This document shows, one piece after another, positions 40,284-50,121 of a DNA stretch of 56,008 nucleotides. The notes under the pieces are model-generated. The model was given only the letters and a program-made list of their open reading frames with translations, did no database searches and had not been told where the DNA came from. A program made the translations under genes and the position numbers. The number at the start of each line of letters is the position of its first letter. Positions within the stretch are counted from its first letter, which is position 1. The DNA comes from an uncultured Bacilli bacterium (lineage in GTDB: Bacteria; Bacillota_I; Bacilli_A; RF39; UBA660): the NCBI GenBank assembly GCA_947623625.1, contig CANQHD010000002.1, positions 1-56,008 of the forward strand. The letters are read 5' to 3'.

Positions 40284-40922
40284 CTATCTTTTTATAAATT
40301 CCAGTAACGTTCTTTGACTCTTTTCAACTGGAAGAAGAAAGGAAACTTTCTGTTGCAAGTGAATTTTCTTTTTCTTCATCATTGAAAGTGATTTTTGTAA
40401 CTCTTCATCTACATTTGCTTTCATCGCAATAAACTTTCCTTTCTCATTAAGAAGAGGCATACAAGTTGGTAATAATTTCTCTAAAGAGGCAACAGCTCGT
40501 GCTGTTACGATATCAAATTTTTTCTCATGATAGTCTTCACTACGCACATGAATAGCTTTTATGTTCTTCAAATTTAAGTAATCTATTAATTCATTCAAGT
40601 AGTTTACTCTTTTTTGAAGCGCATCTAGTAAGACGACTTCTAAGTGAGGATAAACTATTTTTAAAACAATTCCTGGAAAACCTGCTCCACTTCCAACATC
40701 ACAAAGTGTTTCTATCTCATTAAAATTAACTATCTTTGAAAGTGTTAAACTATCATAGAAATGTTTGAGATAAACATCTTCTTTTGATGTGATTCTTGTT
40801 AAATTCAAATTTTTATTTTTTTCAATTAAAAATTGATAAAAAGAGGATAATTGTTCTTTTTTCTCTTTGGACAATTCAATATTTAAAGCATATAAAGCTT
40901 CTTCAAATTCTTTTTCAGTCAT
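40284..40922 (-). CDS. rsmG: 16S rRNA m7G527 methyltransferase
   Basis: GidB pattern (DVGSGAGFPG) and position after mnmG. Confidence 0.92.
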   Translation of the reverse strand: MTEKEFEEALYALNIELSKEKKEQLSSFYQFLIEKNKNLNLTRITSKEDVYLKHFYDSLTLSKIVNFNEIETLCDVGSGAGFPGIVLKIVYPHLEVVLLDALQKRVNYLNELIDYLNLKNIKAIHVRSEDYHEKKFDIVTARAVASLEKLLPTCMPLLNEKGKFIAMKANVDEELQKSLSMMKKKKIHLQQKVSFLLPVEKSQRTLLEFIKR

Positions 40923-42786
40923 GTTTTTTTATCCCCTTCTTTAAATAAATAGACAATATGGCTATATCACTTGGATTTACACCACTAATTCTACTTGCTT
41001 GTCCGAGCGTTTCTGGTTTTATTTCTTCTAATTTTTGTTTGGCTTCTGAAGCAATATTTAAAATTTCTTGATAATGAATATTTTTTGGTATTTTTATTTT
41101 TTCTAGAGCAATCATTTTTTCAGCATCGTTATTGGCTTTTTGAATATAACCTTCATATTTAATTTCAATTTCTACTTCGTTTAATACTGAATCTTCATAT
41201 GGAAGAGGTAGAAATTTTTTACAGTAATCCATTTTAAACTCTGGTCGTTTCAATAGTTCGTAAAAAGAAATACCCGCATTAAGAGGACTGCTTCCTATCT
41301 CTTTTAAAAATTCATTCACTTCTTTTTGGGGAGTCATTCTTTTTTCGTGCAAATACTCCATCAAATTCTTTATATCTTCTTTTTTCTTTAGAAATTTTTG
41401 ATAACGTTGTTCATCAATTAATCCAATTTCATATCCATATTGGCGAAGTCTTAAATCGGCATTATCATCGCGTAATAAAAGACGATATTCAGCACGAGAT
41501 GTTAAGAGTCGATAAGGATCTTTCACTCCTTTGGTAACTAAGTCATCAATTAAAACACCTATATAAGCTTCATTGCGCTTTAAAATCAATGGATCTTTTC
41601 CTTGCAACTTTAAACTGGCATTAATACCCGCTATCAATCCTTGTCCTGCTGCTTCTTCATAACCTGAAGTACCATTAATTTGTCCTGCTGTAAATAAGTT
41701 TTCGACCAATTTAGTCTCAAGAGATGGTTTAAGTTGTTTGGAATCAATCGCATCATATTCAATCGCATATGCATATTTTAAAATTTCAGCATCTTCAAGT
41801 CCTTGAATACTATGAACAATTTGCTCTTGAATATCTTGGGGCATACTTGTTGAGAGACCTTGAATATAAATGTCATCATAATATATACTTTCAGGTTCTA
41901 AAAACAATTGATGTCTTTGTTTATCACGAAATCGAACAACTTTATCTTCAATTGAAGGACAATATCGTGGTCCTATCCCTTCTACATATCCACCATACAT
42001 ACTTGATTTTTCTAAATTATCAAGAATAATTTTATGTGTCTTTTCGTTTGTATATGTTAAATAACAAGGAACCTGTAACTGATATGCTGTAGAATCATGA
42101 CTATCATACGAAAAGGTTAATAACTCCTTACTTCCTTCTTCTTTTGTAAGTTCATCAAAATGAATACTTTCTCTTTTAATTCGTGGAGGCGTTCCAGTTT
42201 TCAATCTTAATATATTAAAGCCTAATTTTTTTAAGCAATCACTTAAGAAAAGACTTGGTCTTTCTCCATGAGGTCCTTCACTTTTTTTCTTACTTCCAAC
42301 TAAAATAGAGGATTTTAAATAAGTTCCTGTTGTTAATATTACAGCACGTGCTAAAATACGCTCTTTATTTTCTAAAATAACCCCTTTAATTTGGCTGTTT
42401 TCCACAATCAAATCTTCGACAAGAGAAGTTTTTAGTTCCAAATTTTTCTCTTGTTCCAAAGTTTTTCTCATTTCTTTTGGATATGTTATTTTATCTGCTT
42501 GTGCCCGAAGTGCCCAAACAGCAGGACCTTTTTTTGTATTTAACAATTTCATTTGTAAAGATGCTTTATCGGTATTTTTCCCCATTTCACCACCTAAAGC
42601 ATCTATTTCTCTTACAACAATTCCTTTCGCTGGTCCTCCAATAGATGGATTACAAGGCATATCTGCAATATTTTCTAAATTTCCTGTTACAAGAAGTGTC
42701 TTCATTCCAAGACGTGCTGCTGCAAGAGATGCCTCACATCCTGCATGCCCGCCACCAACGACAATAATATCAACCAAATTTCTCAC
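40915..42786 (-). CDS. mnmG: tRNA uridine 5-carboxymethylaminomethyl modification enzyme
   Basis: VVGGGHAGCEA with GidA length and motifs. Confidence 0.96.
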   Translation of the reverse strand: MRNLVDIIVVGGGHAGCEASLAAARLGMKTLLVTGNLENIADMPCNPSIGGPAKGIVVREIDALGGEMGKNTDKASLQMKLLNTKKGPAVWALRAQADKITYPKEMRKTLEQEKNLELKTSLVEDLIVENSQIKGVILENKERILARAVILTTGTYLKSSILVGSKKKSEGPHGERPSLFLSDCLKKLGFNILRLKTGTPPRIKRESIHFDELTKEEGSKELLTFSYDSHDSTAYQLQVPCYLTYTNEKTHKIILDNLEKSSMYGGYVEGIGPRYCPSIEDKVVRFRDKQRHQLFLEPESIYYDDIYIQGLSTSMPQDIQEQIVHSIQGLEDAEILKYAYAIEYDAIDSKQLKPSLETKLVENLFTAGQINGTSGYEEAAGQGLIAGINASLKLQGKDPLILKRNEAYIGVLIDDLVTKGVKDPYRLLTSRAEYRLLLRDDNADLRLRQYGYEIGLIDEQRYQKFLKKKEDIKNLMEYLHEKRMTPQKEVNEFLKEIGSSPLNAGISFYELLKRPEFKMDYCKKFLPLPYEDSVLNEVEIEIKYEGYIQKANNDAEKMIALEKIKIPKNIHYQEILNIASEAKQKLEEIKPETLGQASRISGVNPSDIAILSIYLKKGIKKHD

Positions 42787-44142
42787 CTACTTTCCAACAC
42801 AAAAATTTTCAAAAAGTGTGTCTAAAATTTCATCTTGGTATGTCTGTCCAGTAATCATACCTAATGTATCTAAAATATCTTTTAAATCTATCGAAATTAA
42901 ATCTAACTCGACTCCATTTTCTAATGCTTCAAAAACAGAATTTAATTGTTCTTTTGCTTTTTCTGCCAAACCTACTTGGCGTGCATTTAGTAATAGTTGA
43001 GTATCATCTTCATCCATTTCCCCTTGTTCAAACATTTTTATAATTTCATCTTTTAATGAATTGAGACCACCCTCTTCTAAAGTAGTCGTATAAACAATAT
43101 GCGAAAATGGAAGCATTTCTTTTTGAATGACTTGATTTTGATCGGATTTATTTAAAACAATAATTGTCTTAGAATCTACTAAATTATTTAAAATGGTTTT
43201 ATCTTCTTCATCCAATTCTTTAGAACAATCCATTACGTAAAGAATTAAAGTTGCATCTTGTAGCAATTGAATACTTTTCTCTACTCCAATTTTTTCCACA
43301 ACATCTTCTGTTTGTCTAATTCCCGCTGTATCCATTATTTTAAGGGTAAGCTGATCCATTGTAACTTCCCCTTCGACTATATCTCTTGTCGTTCCTTCAA
43401 CGGATGTTACAATTGCCTTCTCTTCTTCCAATAAATGGTTTAAAATACTACTTTTTCCAACATTTGGACGTCCTATAATTGCTGTTTGAATCCCATTTTT
43501 GACAAGTTGACAATTTTTAGAATTCTCAATAATTTTTTCTAAATGCTTCTCTAATTTGATTAAAAGCTTTTTCAAATTTTCCTCTGTCATTTCTTCAATA
43601 TCTTGGTATTCTGGATAATCAATATTGACTTCAATTGAGGCTATAATCATTTTTAATTTTTCACGAAATTCATTAATTAATTTAGAAGTACTCCCTCTTA
43701 ATGATGAGATAGATACTTTCCGAGCAACTTCATTTTTACTTTCAATTAATTCCATAATAGCTTCTGCTTGTGTTAAATCAATTCGTCCATTTAAAAAAGC
43801 TCTTTTGGTAAATTCACCTGGTTGTGCTAAACGGATTCCATTTTGAAGCAAAAGTTCAAGTACACGTTTTGTTGGAAGAATTCCACCATGACAATTAATT
43901 TCAACAACATCTTCTCTTGTAAATGTCTTAGGAGATTTCATGATACTCACTAATACTTCATCAAGAATTTCATTCTTATCTTTAATAAATCCATAATGAA
44001 TGGTATGGCTTTTTTCTTGTTCCAAGTTGCATCCTTCAAATATTTGATTCACTTTAGAAATTGCTAATGGTCCACTCACTCGAATAATCGAAATTGCCCC
44101 AACACCTAATTTGGTTGCAATTGCGCAAATTGTGTCATCCAT
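42787..44142 (-). CDS. mnmE: tRNA modification GTPase
   Basis: DTICAIAT, GRPNVGKSS, and C-terminal FCVGK. Start at MDDT. Confidence 0.95.
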   Translation of the reverse strand: MDDTICAIATKLGVGAISIIRVSGPLAISKVNQIFEGCNLEQEKSHTIHYGFIKDKNEILDEVLVSIMKSPKTFTREDVVEINCHGGILPTKRVLELLLQNGIRLAQPGEFTKRAFLNGRIDLTQAEAIMELIESKNEVARKVSISSLRGSTSKLINEFREKLKMIIASIEVNIDYPEYQDIEEMTEENLKKLLIKLEKHLEKIIENSKNCQLVKNGIQTAIIGRPNVGKSSILNHLLEEEKAIVTSVEGTTRDIVEGEVTMDQLTLKIMDTAGIRQTEDVVEKIGVEKSIQLLQDATLILYVMDCSKELDEEDKTILNNLVDSKTIIVLNKSDQNQVIQKEMLPFSHIVYTTTLEEGGLNSLKDEIIKMFEQGEMDEDDTQLLLNARQVGLAEKAKEQLNSVFEALENGVELDLISIDLKDILDTLGMITGQTYQDEILDTLFENFCVGK

Positions 44143-44215
44143 TTTTTCACCCACTTTTTTTTCTCACTGATTTCAGTCACCTATTATAGCACATTTTTCC
44201 ACAATTGAAAAAGAG

Positions 44216-44830
44216 TTATTCACTCTTTTGTCTTGGCTTAATCACAACAGCACGATTGGGTTCTTCTCCAACGCTTTCTGTATAAACATACTTATAGTTA
44301 GAAAGTACATTATGCACAAGTCTTCTTTCATATGAATTCATTGAATCCATCTTCACTTCAACTTGACTTTCTTTTACTTCTCGTGCTAAGCGTTTTGCTA
44401 AATTTTCAATATTTTTTTCTTTTCTTTCTTTATAATCACTCACGTCTAAAATGAATTTATAATTCTCACCTATTTCATTTTTTACCATTTGATTAAGAAT
44501 GGTTACCAATGCATTTAAATTTTTTCCATTTTTTCCTATTAGTAAGGCATCATGGTCAGAATAGATTGTATAAACAGGTGTAAGAGAAGAAGATCGCATC
44601 TCAATTTTTGCATGAAATCCTAAGTCTTTTAAAAGAGATGCTAACAATTCCCTTATATATGGTTTAATCTCTCTTTTTTCAATGACTTCAATTTCAACTT
44701 TTTTTCCAAATAATCCCTTTTGTTCCCCTATTTCATGAATAATTAAATTTTCTGAAGATTCTTGTAAGGCGATTTTTGCTTGCAGGATTGCATCTTCCTT
44801 ACTTTTCCCAACAAATCTATGCTTTTCCAT
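44216..44830 (-). CDS. jag: Jag/KhpB RNA-binding protein (KH + R3H)
   Basis: Jag-N, KH and R3H (ERRLVH) domains, located next to yidC. Confidence 0.88.
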   Translation of the reverse strand: MEKHRFVGKSKEDAILQAKIALQESSENLIIHEIGEQKGLFGKKVEIEVIEKREIKPYIRELLASLLKDLGFHAKIEMRSSSLTPVYTIYSDHDALLIGKNGKNLNALVTILNQMVKNEIGENYKFILDVSDYKERKEKNIENLAKRLAREVKESQVEVKMDSMNSYERRLVHNVLSNYKYVYTESVGEEPNRAVVIKPRQKSE

Positions 44831-45746
44831 TAAATTCCTTACTCCTTTTCACCAATATATTTTGTACGATTGTAAATAAATTACTTGTTACCCAATAAAT
44901 TCCAAGTGCTGATGGCATAAATAATCCTGTGATAAAAATAATTCCTGTCATTGTATAAGGCATCATTTTCATAGATGGATCCATATTAGCAGTTGCATTT
45001 AATTTAAATGAAAAGTAAGTAGATAAACCTATTAAAATTGCCAATAAAACATAACAAACTACTGTATTCGAAGCAAAACCAACCATAGGTGTTGTTCCAA
45101 GTTGTAGACCTAAAAAATTATCTTCAAATATGGCTGGAACTCGATTAATGGCTTCAAAGAAAGCGATGAAGAGTGGCAACTGTAAAAAGGAAAATAAGCA
45201 TCCACTCATTGGACTGATATTATATTTTTTATAAATCATCAACATTTCTTGACTTTGTTTCATCATCGATTCTTGGTCTGTTTTTCCTTCATACTTCTTT
45301 TTTAATCTTTCAAGCTCTGGATTTGCTTTCTTCAATAATTCGGATTGAATGGCTGTTTTTTTGGTAACAGGATACGCAATCAAACGAATTGCTAAACTCA
45401 CTGCAATCACCGCAAGAGCAAAACTTCCAAGATACTTCCCAATCCACAAAATGACAAAAGCAAGAGGTTTTATTAAAAAGGTCGTCCAAAGTCCTTCATA
45501 TTTACCTGATGTTATTTTAAAATCTTCACAATCAGGTAATTTATCAACTTTAACGCCATTTTTTTCATAAGCTTTTATGGTTGTTTTCGATGTTGGTTTA
45601 CATAAAATATTTTCTGTAAGTGATTGACCCGTTTCAGGATTTTTTACAGCCTTTTTATCTTTATCTACCAATGTTGTTGTACATCCTGTTACGAAAAATA
45701 ACATCATCAATAATAGAATTAATTTTAAACCTTTTTTCTGTCTCAT
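44817..45746 (-). CDS. yidC: membrane protein insertase YidC (lipoprotein type)
   Basis: Lipobox FVTGC and the YidC core. Confidence 0.9.
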   Translation of the reverse strand: MRQKKGLKLILLLMMLFFVTGCTTTLVDKDKKAVKNPETGQSLTENILCKPTSKTTIKAYEKNGVKVDKLPDCEDFKITSGKYEGLWTTFLIKPLAFVILWIGKYLGSFALAVIAVSLAIRLIAYPVTKKTAIQSELLKKANPELERLKKKYEGKTDQESMMKQSQEMLMIYKKYNISPMSGCLFSFLQLPLFIAFFEAINRVPAIFEDNFLGLQLGTTPMVGFASNTVVCYVLLAILIGLSTYFSFKLNATANMDPSMKMMPYTMTGIIFITGLFMPSALGIYWVTSNLFTIVQNILVKRSKEFNGKA

Positions 45747-45747
45747 C

Positions 45748-46083
45748 CTATTTCTCCTTTTCTATTTGCATTAACAACTCAATTAAATGTTTTTGCATCT
45801 CTAAATATGGAAGTTCAATACAACCTTTTCTTATAATTATAATACAATTATAAGAATTTGGATAGTTCTTTTTATAAAAGGAGAGAATCTCTTTTGTTCT
45901 GCGCTTTAAATAATTGCGAAGATGCGCTTTTCCACATTTTTTCGGAACTGCTATTCCAAATAAAGTATTTTTATCTGGACTCTTTTCATAAAAAATTAAA
46001 AAATATTTATTTTTTTTAAGTGGACAAGTTGCAATCATTCTATCGAATTCTTTACTTTTTTTAATGATTTCACTTTTTTTCAT
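45748..46083 (-). CDS. rnpA: RNase P protein component
   Basis: Size, basic composition and position after rpmH. Confidence 0.88.
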   Translation of the reverse strand: MKKSEIIKKSKEFDRMIATCPLKKNKYFLIFYEKSPDKNTLFGIAVPKKCGKAHLRNYLKRRTKEILSFYKKNYPNSYNCIIIIRKGCIELPYLEMQKHLIELLMQIEKEK

Positions 46084-46107
46084 TTTAACGATTCACTTCC
46101 TAACAGT

Positions 46108-46132
46108 AAAAAAACCACTGCAAAACCAGTGG
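46108..46132 (-). terminator. hairpin with T-tract between rpmH and rnpA
   Basis: On the minus strand, CCACTG-GTTTTG-CAGTGG followed by T7. Confidence 0.55.
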
Positions 46133-46133
46133 A

Positions 46134-46256
46134 TTACTTACATAATACCTTTCGTCCTTTTTGACGACGCTTATTCATTACTTTTGTTTCAATACGTGCA
46201 AAAAATCCATGTTTCTTTGCTCTTTTTCTTTTATTCGGTTGAAAAGTTCTTTTCAT
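46134..46256 (-). CDS. rpmH: ribosomal protein L34 (40 aa; absent from the ORF track)
   Basis: Manual translation gives [40 protein letters not shown] behind GGAGGTG. It is about 4 aa shorter than B. subtilis L34. Confidence 0.9.
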   Translation of the reverse strand: MKRTFQPNKRKRAKKHGFFARIETKVMNKRRQKGRKVLCK

Positions 46257-46298
46257 CTATTACACCTCCAAACATAAATCTCCATTATTATAAAGGAC

Positions 46299-46506
46299 TT
46301 TTCCACATCTTGTCAATTCTATTTTAAAAGTTTTCCACAATATCCACAGGCTGTGGAAAACTTTTATCCACATGTGGAAAACAAAAATGTGGAAATTGTG
46401 GAAAACTCAATTTTTTCTTTATTTTATCGACATTTAAGCTGTGGAAAACTCTGTGGATAAATTGTGGAAAACTTTTTTTTCGTATTTTAGAGTTCCTTTT
46501 TCCACA
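46299..46506. promoter_or_regulatory. oriC part 1: cluster of 12 DnaA boxes upstream of dnaA
   Basis: TT(A/T)TCCACA-type 9-mers start at 46299, 46331, 46340, 46364 (perfect) and 46498. TGTGGA(A/T)A(A/T)-type 9-mers start at 46352, 46373, 46388, 46397, 46440, 46452 (perfect) and 46463. Confidence 0.9.
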
Positions 46507-46549
46507 ATTTTAGTCTATTATAATGGTGAATTATTTATTTTGAGGGGAG

Positions 46550-47932
46550 ATGGTTGGAACGAATGTAAATATTTTATTTCAAAATGCACTCAAAATTATA
46601 GAAGAAGAACTATCATCTCTTTCTTTTAGTACATGGTTTGATGAAGTAAAATTAATTGAATTAAAGGATGGAATTGCTACATTTCAAGTCCCGATGGCAA
46701 TTCATAAAAAACAGTTAAGTAACAATTATTATGACATTATTAAAGAGGCTCTAAACCAAGTAACTGGAACCAATTTTGATTTAGAGTTTCTCTTAGAAGA
46801 TGAAATAAATGTGAACAAAGAACAAACATCCACTCAAGTATCGATTCAAGAAGAAGAGGTGGGGGTCCCCAGTACTTTTTTAGAAAAATCAAATCTCAAT
46901 AGTAACTATACTTTTGACAATTTTGTTGTAGGAAATAGTAATAAGTTTGCACAAGCTGCAGCACTTTCTGTTGCGGAAAACCCTGGAAAAATGTACAATC
47001 CTTTATTTCTTTACGGCAATAGTGGGTTAGGTAAAACACACTTAATGCACGCAATTGGAAATTATATTACCAACAATAGTAATCGGAAAGTACTCTATGT
47101 TACAAGCGATCAATTCATCAATGATTTTATCAACATTAATAAAAAAGATGAACGTGGTACCAATTATAATTATGTTGATTTTTTTAAAAATAAATATCGA
47201 AATATAGACGTTTTAATCATTGATGATATTCAGTTTTTAGGAGGAGCCACTCAAACTCAACAAGAATTTTTCCACACCTTTAATACTTTATATGATGATA
47301 GTAAGCAAATCATCATCTCTTCTGATCGTTCTCCAGATGACTTAAAACTTTTAGAAGAGCGCCTTAGAACACGATTTTGTTGGGGATTAACTGTGAATAT
47401 TTTTCCTCCAGACTTTTCTTTACGAACAGAAATACTGCGCAAAAAAATTCTAGCGGGTAATTTTGAACAAGATATTCCCGAGGATGTTATTGAATACATT
47501 GCTTCTAATATTGGAAGTGATGTAAGACAACTTGAAGGCTCAATTACAAGATTAGTTGCTTATTCAACAATTATGGGAGGTGCATCCATTACATTAGATC
47601 TTGCAATTGATGCTTTAAAAGACTTTATTAATAAAGGAGTTAGTGAAAAAAATGACATCGCAAGAATTCAAAAAATTGTCGCAGAATTCTTTCAAATCAA
47701 TGTCGAAGATATTCGATCCAAGAAAAGAAGTGCAAATATCGCTTTTCCAAGACAAGTTGCAATGTATCTTTGTAGAGTAGCAACATCCGAGTCTTTTCCT
47801 AAAATAGGAACAGAATTTGGTGGAAAAGATCATTCCACAGTCATGCATTCGGTGGAAAAAATCGAAAATGAGATGAAAGTAAACCAAGATTTAGCGAATA
47901 TTATTGACAAATTAAAAAAGGATATCGGGTAG
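46550..47932 (+). CDS. dnaA: chromosomal replication initiator DnaA
   Basis: YTFDNFVVGNSN, GNSGLGKTHL, and the domain IV HTH. The exact start is uncertain. Confidence 0.96.
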   Translation: MVGTNVNILFQNALKIIEEELSSLSFSTWFDEVKLIELKDGIATFQVPMAIHKKQLSNNYYDIIKEALNQVTGTNFDLEFLLEDEINVNKEQTSTQVSIQEEEVGVPSTFLEKSNLNSNYTFDNFVVGNSNKFAQAAALSVAENPGKMYNPLFLYGNSGLGKTHLMHAIGNYITNNSNRKVLYVTSDQFINDFININKKDERGTNYNYVDFFKNKYRNIDVLIIDDIQFLGGATQTQQEFFHTFNTLYDDSKQIIISSDRSPDDLKLLEERLRTRFCWGLTVNIFPPDFSLRTEILRKKILAGNFEQDIPEDVIEYIASNIGSDVRQLEGSITRLVAYSTIMGGASITLDLAIDALKDFINKGVSEKNDIARIQKIVAEFFQINVEDIRSKKRSANIAFPRQVAMYLCRVATSESFPKIGTEFGGKDHSTVMHSVEKIENEMKVNQDLANIIDKLKKDIG

Positions 47933-47936
47933 GGGT

Positions 47937-48078
47937 TGTGGAAAAAATAAAGTTTTCCACAAAGTTTTCCACAGGCAAAAAAACGTGATACAATAGATAA
48001 ATAAAGGGAAAAAGTGAGTTTTCCACAGTTTCCACAGGTAATAATAATAATATATATATAAGAAAGAAGGAATATATA
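47937..48078. promoter_or_regulatory. oriC part 2: 5 DnaA boxes, candidate DnaA-trios and AT-rich unwinding region
   Basis: Boxes at 47937-47945, 47953-47961, 47965-47973, and the tandem pair 48019-48027 and 48028-48036. These are followed by GG, (TAA)4 at 48039-48050 and a (TA)n run. Confidence 0.8.
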
Positions 48079-49206
48079 ATGAAATTAACAATCAAAAAAG
48101 AATTATTACAGGATGCTTTAAATAAAGTCTCTAAAGCAATATCCACAAAAAACTTAATACCAGTTTTAGCAGGTGTTCGTTTTGAACTTACAAAAAAGAA
48201 ATTAATATTAACTGCAAGTGATAACGATATTACTATTCAAACATTTATCGCTTGTGACAATAGTGAAGATATCGATGTAAAAGAAGAGGGAAGTATTTTA
48301 ATTCAAGGAAAATATATTTTAGATATTGTTAGAAAAATTCCTGATAAATATATTAATATTGAAGTCATTGATGAGTTAAAAATACTTATTTACACAGAAA
48401 ATATTGAATTTAATTTAAATGGAATTAGTGAAAGTGAATATCCAAACATTGAGTTAAATGAAAGTAAAAATTATATTAAACTTCCAATTGAAGAGTTAAA
48501 GAAGCTTGTATCAGAAACTGCTTTTGCAACTTCTGTAGATGAGACAAAACCTGTATTTACAGGAATTAACTTTAAAATTTCAGGAAATGTTATGGAGTGT
48601 AGTGCAACAGATTCATATCGTTTAGCAAGAAAATTAATTACGCTCGAACAACCAGCTGAAGAAAGTTATAATATTGTTATTCCTAGTAGAAATATTTTGG
48701 AATTTACAAAGATTTTAACAAGTGATGAGGGAATCGTAGAATTACATATATTTAATAATAAAATTTTATTTAAACATGAAAACTTATTATTTCAATCTCG
48801 ATTAATTAATGGAACTTATCCAAATACAACCAATTTATTGCCAAATACGAGGGAAATGATTATCAAATTAAAGCTCCAAGATTTTTATGATGTAATTGAT
48901 AGAGCAAGTATTCTAACAAGTGATAAAGATAAAAATATTGTCACTCTTGAGACAGAAGGTAATCTTTTAAAATTAAAGTCTTCTTCATTAGAAATTGGTA
49001 AAGTAGAAGAAAAGATGGTTATTGAAAAAGATAAAGAAATGGATATTAAAATATCATTCAGTGCAAAATATATGATGGATGCCCTTCGATCTTTTGGAAC
49101 TGAAAATATTGATTTATATTTCGTAGGAGAAATAAAACCTATCGTTTTAAAAACAAAAGAAAATGAAAGTTTAACACAATTAGTTCTTCCTATTAGAACA
49201 TATTAA
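48079..49206 (+). CDS. dnaN: DNA polymerase III beta sliding clamp
   Basis: Typical DnaN sequence, 375 aa. Confidence 0.96.
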   Translation: MKLTIKKELLQDALNKVSKAISTKNLIPVLAGVRFELTKKKLILTASDNDITIQTFIACDNSEDIDVKEEGSILIQGKYILDIVRKIPDKYINIEVIDELKILIYTENIEFNLNGISESEYPNIELNESKNYIKLPIEELKKLVSETAFATSVDETKPVFTGINFKISGNVMECSATDSYRLARKLITLEQPAEESYNIVIPSRNILEFTKILTSDEGIVELHIFNNKILFKHENLLFQSRLINGTYPNTTNLLPNTREMIIKLKLQDFYDVIDRASILTSDKDKNIVTLETEGNLLKLKSSSLEIGKVEEKMVIEKDKEMDIKISFSAKYMMDALRSFGTENIDLYFVGEIKPIVLKTKENESLTQLVLPIRTY

Positions 49207-49219
49207 AAAAGTGAATTAT

Positions 49220-49253
49220 GTGAAAAGAAATGACATTTTTTTTCACTTTTTTT
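49220..49253 (+). terminator. dnaN terminator
   Basis: GTGAAAA-13 nt-TTTTCAC followed by T7. A TGTGGAAAA DnaA box follows at 49253-49261. Confidence 0.55.
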
Positions 49254-49349
49254 GTGGAAAAGTCTAAAAAACGCCCTTTTTCGACAGTAAGATATAGTAA
49301 GCTGACAATGAAGAAAAGCGAAAAAGGCTTTTCAAAAGGGGGAATTTAA

Positions 49350-49826
49350 ATGAAAATATCGGCTTATGAAATTAATGATGGAACTTATGCTATTTATGCA
49401 AATAATCAATCGGGTTCCAAAATATTAGAGGAAAACGAGACTTATGAAATTGAACAAAATCCATCTCGTATTATTGATTATGGATGTAATTATTTTGGAA
49501 GTAGTTATAAAGGACGTAGAGATGGTTCAATTTTGATTTTAAACAGTCGCTATAAAGTTCCAATTGTTATTGAGGACAGTCAAAATATGATTTTTTTTCC
49601 AACAGGAAATAAAGATGATATTCATTGTAGTTGGATAGCGCTTAATAAGGTAAAAAGTTATGCACCTTGTGGAAAAAAAACGCGAGTGGAGTTTTTAAAT
49701 GGGAAAACGTTAACTTTTGATGTTTCTTTTCGCTCTTTTCAAAATCAAGTCCTAAGAGCAAGTCGACTGGATTCGATTATAACGAATCGTAAAAGAAAAT
49801 CAGGACCAAATGAGAAAAAAGATTAG
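49350..49826 (+). CDS. comK: ComK-family protein
   Basis: IIDYGCNYFGSSYKGRRDGS...YKVPIVI...MIFFPT...CSWI...FLNGKTL...SFRSFQNQVLRASRL aligns by eye with B. subtilis ComK (CRFFGSSYAGRKAGT...KPPIMV...IFLFPT...CGWI...FSNGKTM...SYNSFENQVYRTAWL). Confidence 0.8.
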   Translation: MKISAYEINDGTYAIYANNQSGSKILEENETYEIEQNPSRIIDYGCNYFGSSYKGRRDGSILILNSRYKVPIVIEDSQNMIFFPTGNKDDIHCSWIALNKVKSYAPCGKKTRVEFLNGKTLTFDVSFRSFQNQVLRASRLDSIITNRKRKSGPNEKKD

Positions 49827-49858
49827 ATTTTCTCATTTTTCATATCGATGAAATATTT

Positions 49859-49931
49859 TGTGGATAAATAAAGAGGTGTTAGAATAAGAGAAAAATAGAG
49901 ATTTCATTTTTTCCACAATAGGTGTGGAAAA
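49859..49931. promoter_or_regulatory. three DnaA boxes between comK and recF
   Basis: TGTGGATAA (49859-49867, perfect), TTTTCCACA (49909-49917) and TGTGGAAAA (49923-49931). Confidence 0.6.
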
Positions 49932-50121
49932 GTTTGAAAGAAAAGGGAACTGACAAACTAAATTATTGATAAAATTCATCTAATTAAAATTGTAATAAAT
50001 TCGCTAAAAAAAAATACTTTTTTTCTTTTTTATATTCTTAATTGTGATATAATAAACTTACGTGTATAGGAGTACTGGGGGAATGGTAAAAATGTTTAAA
50101 TAGGGTTACAATGCATTAAAA

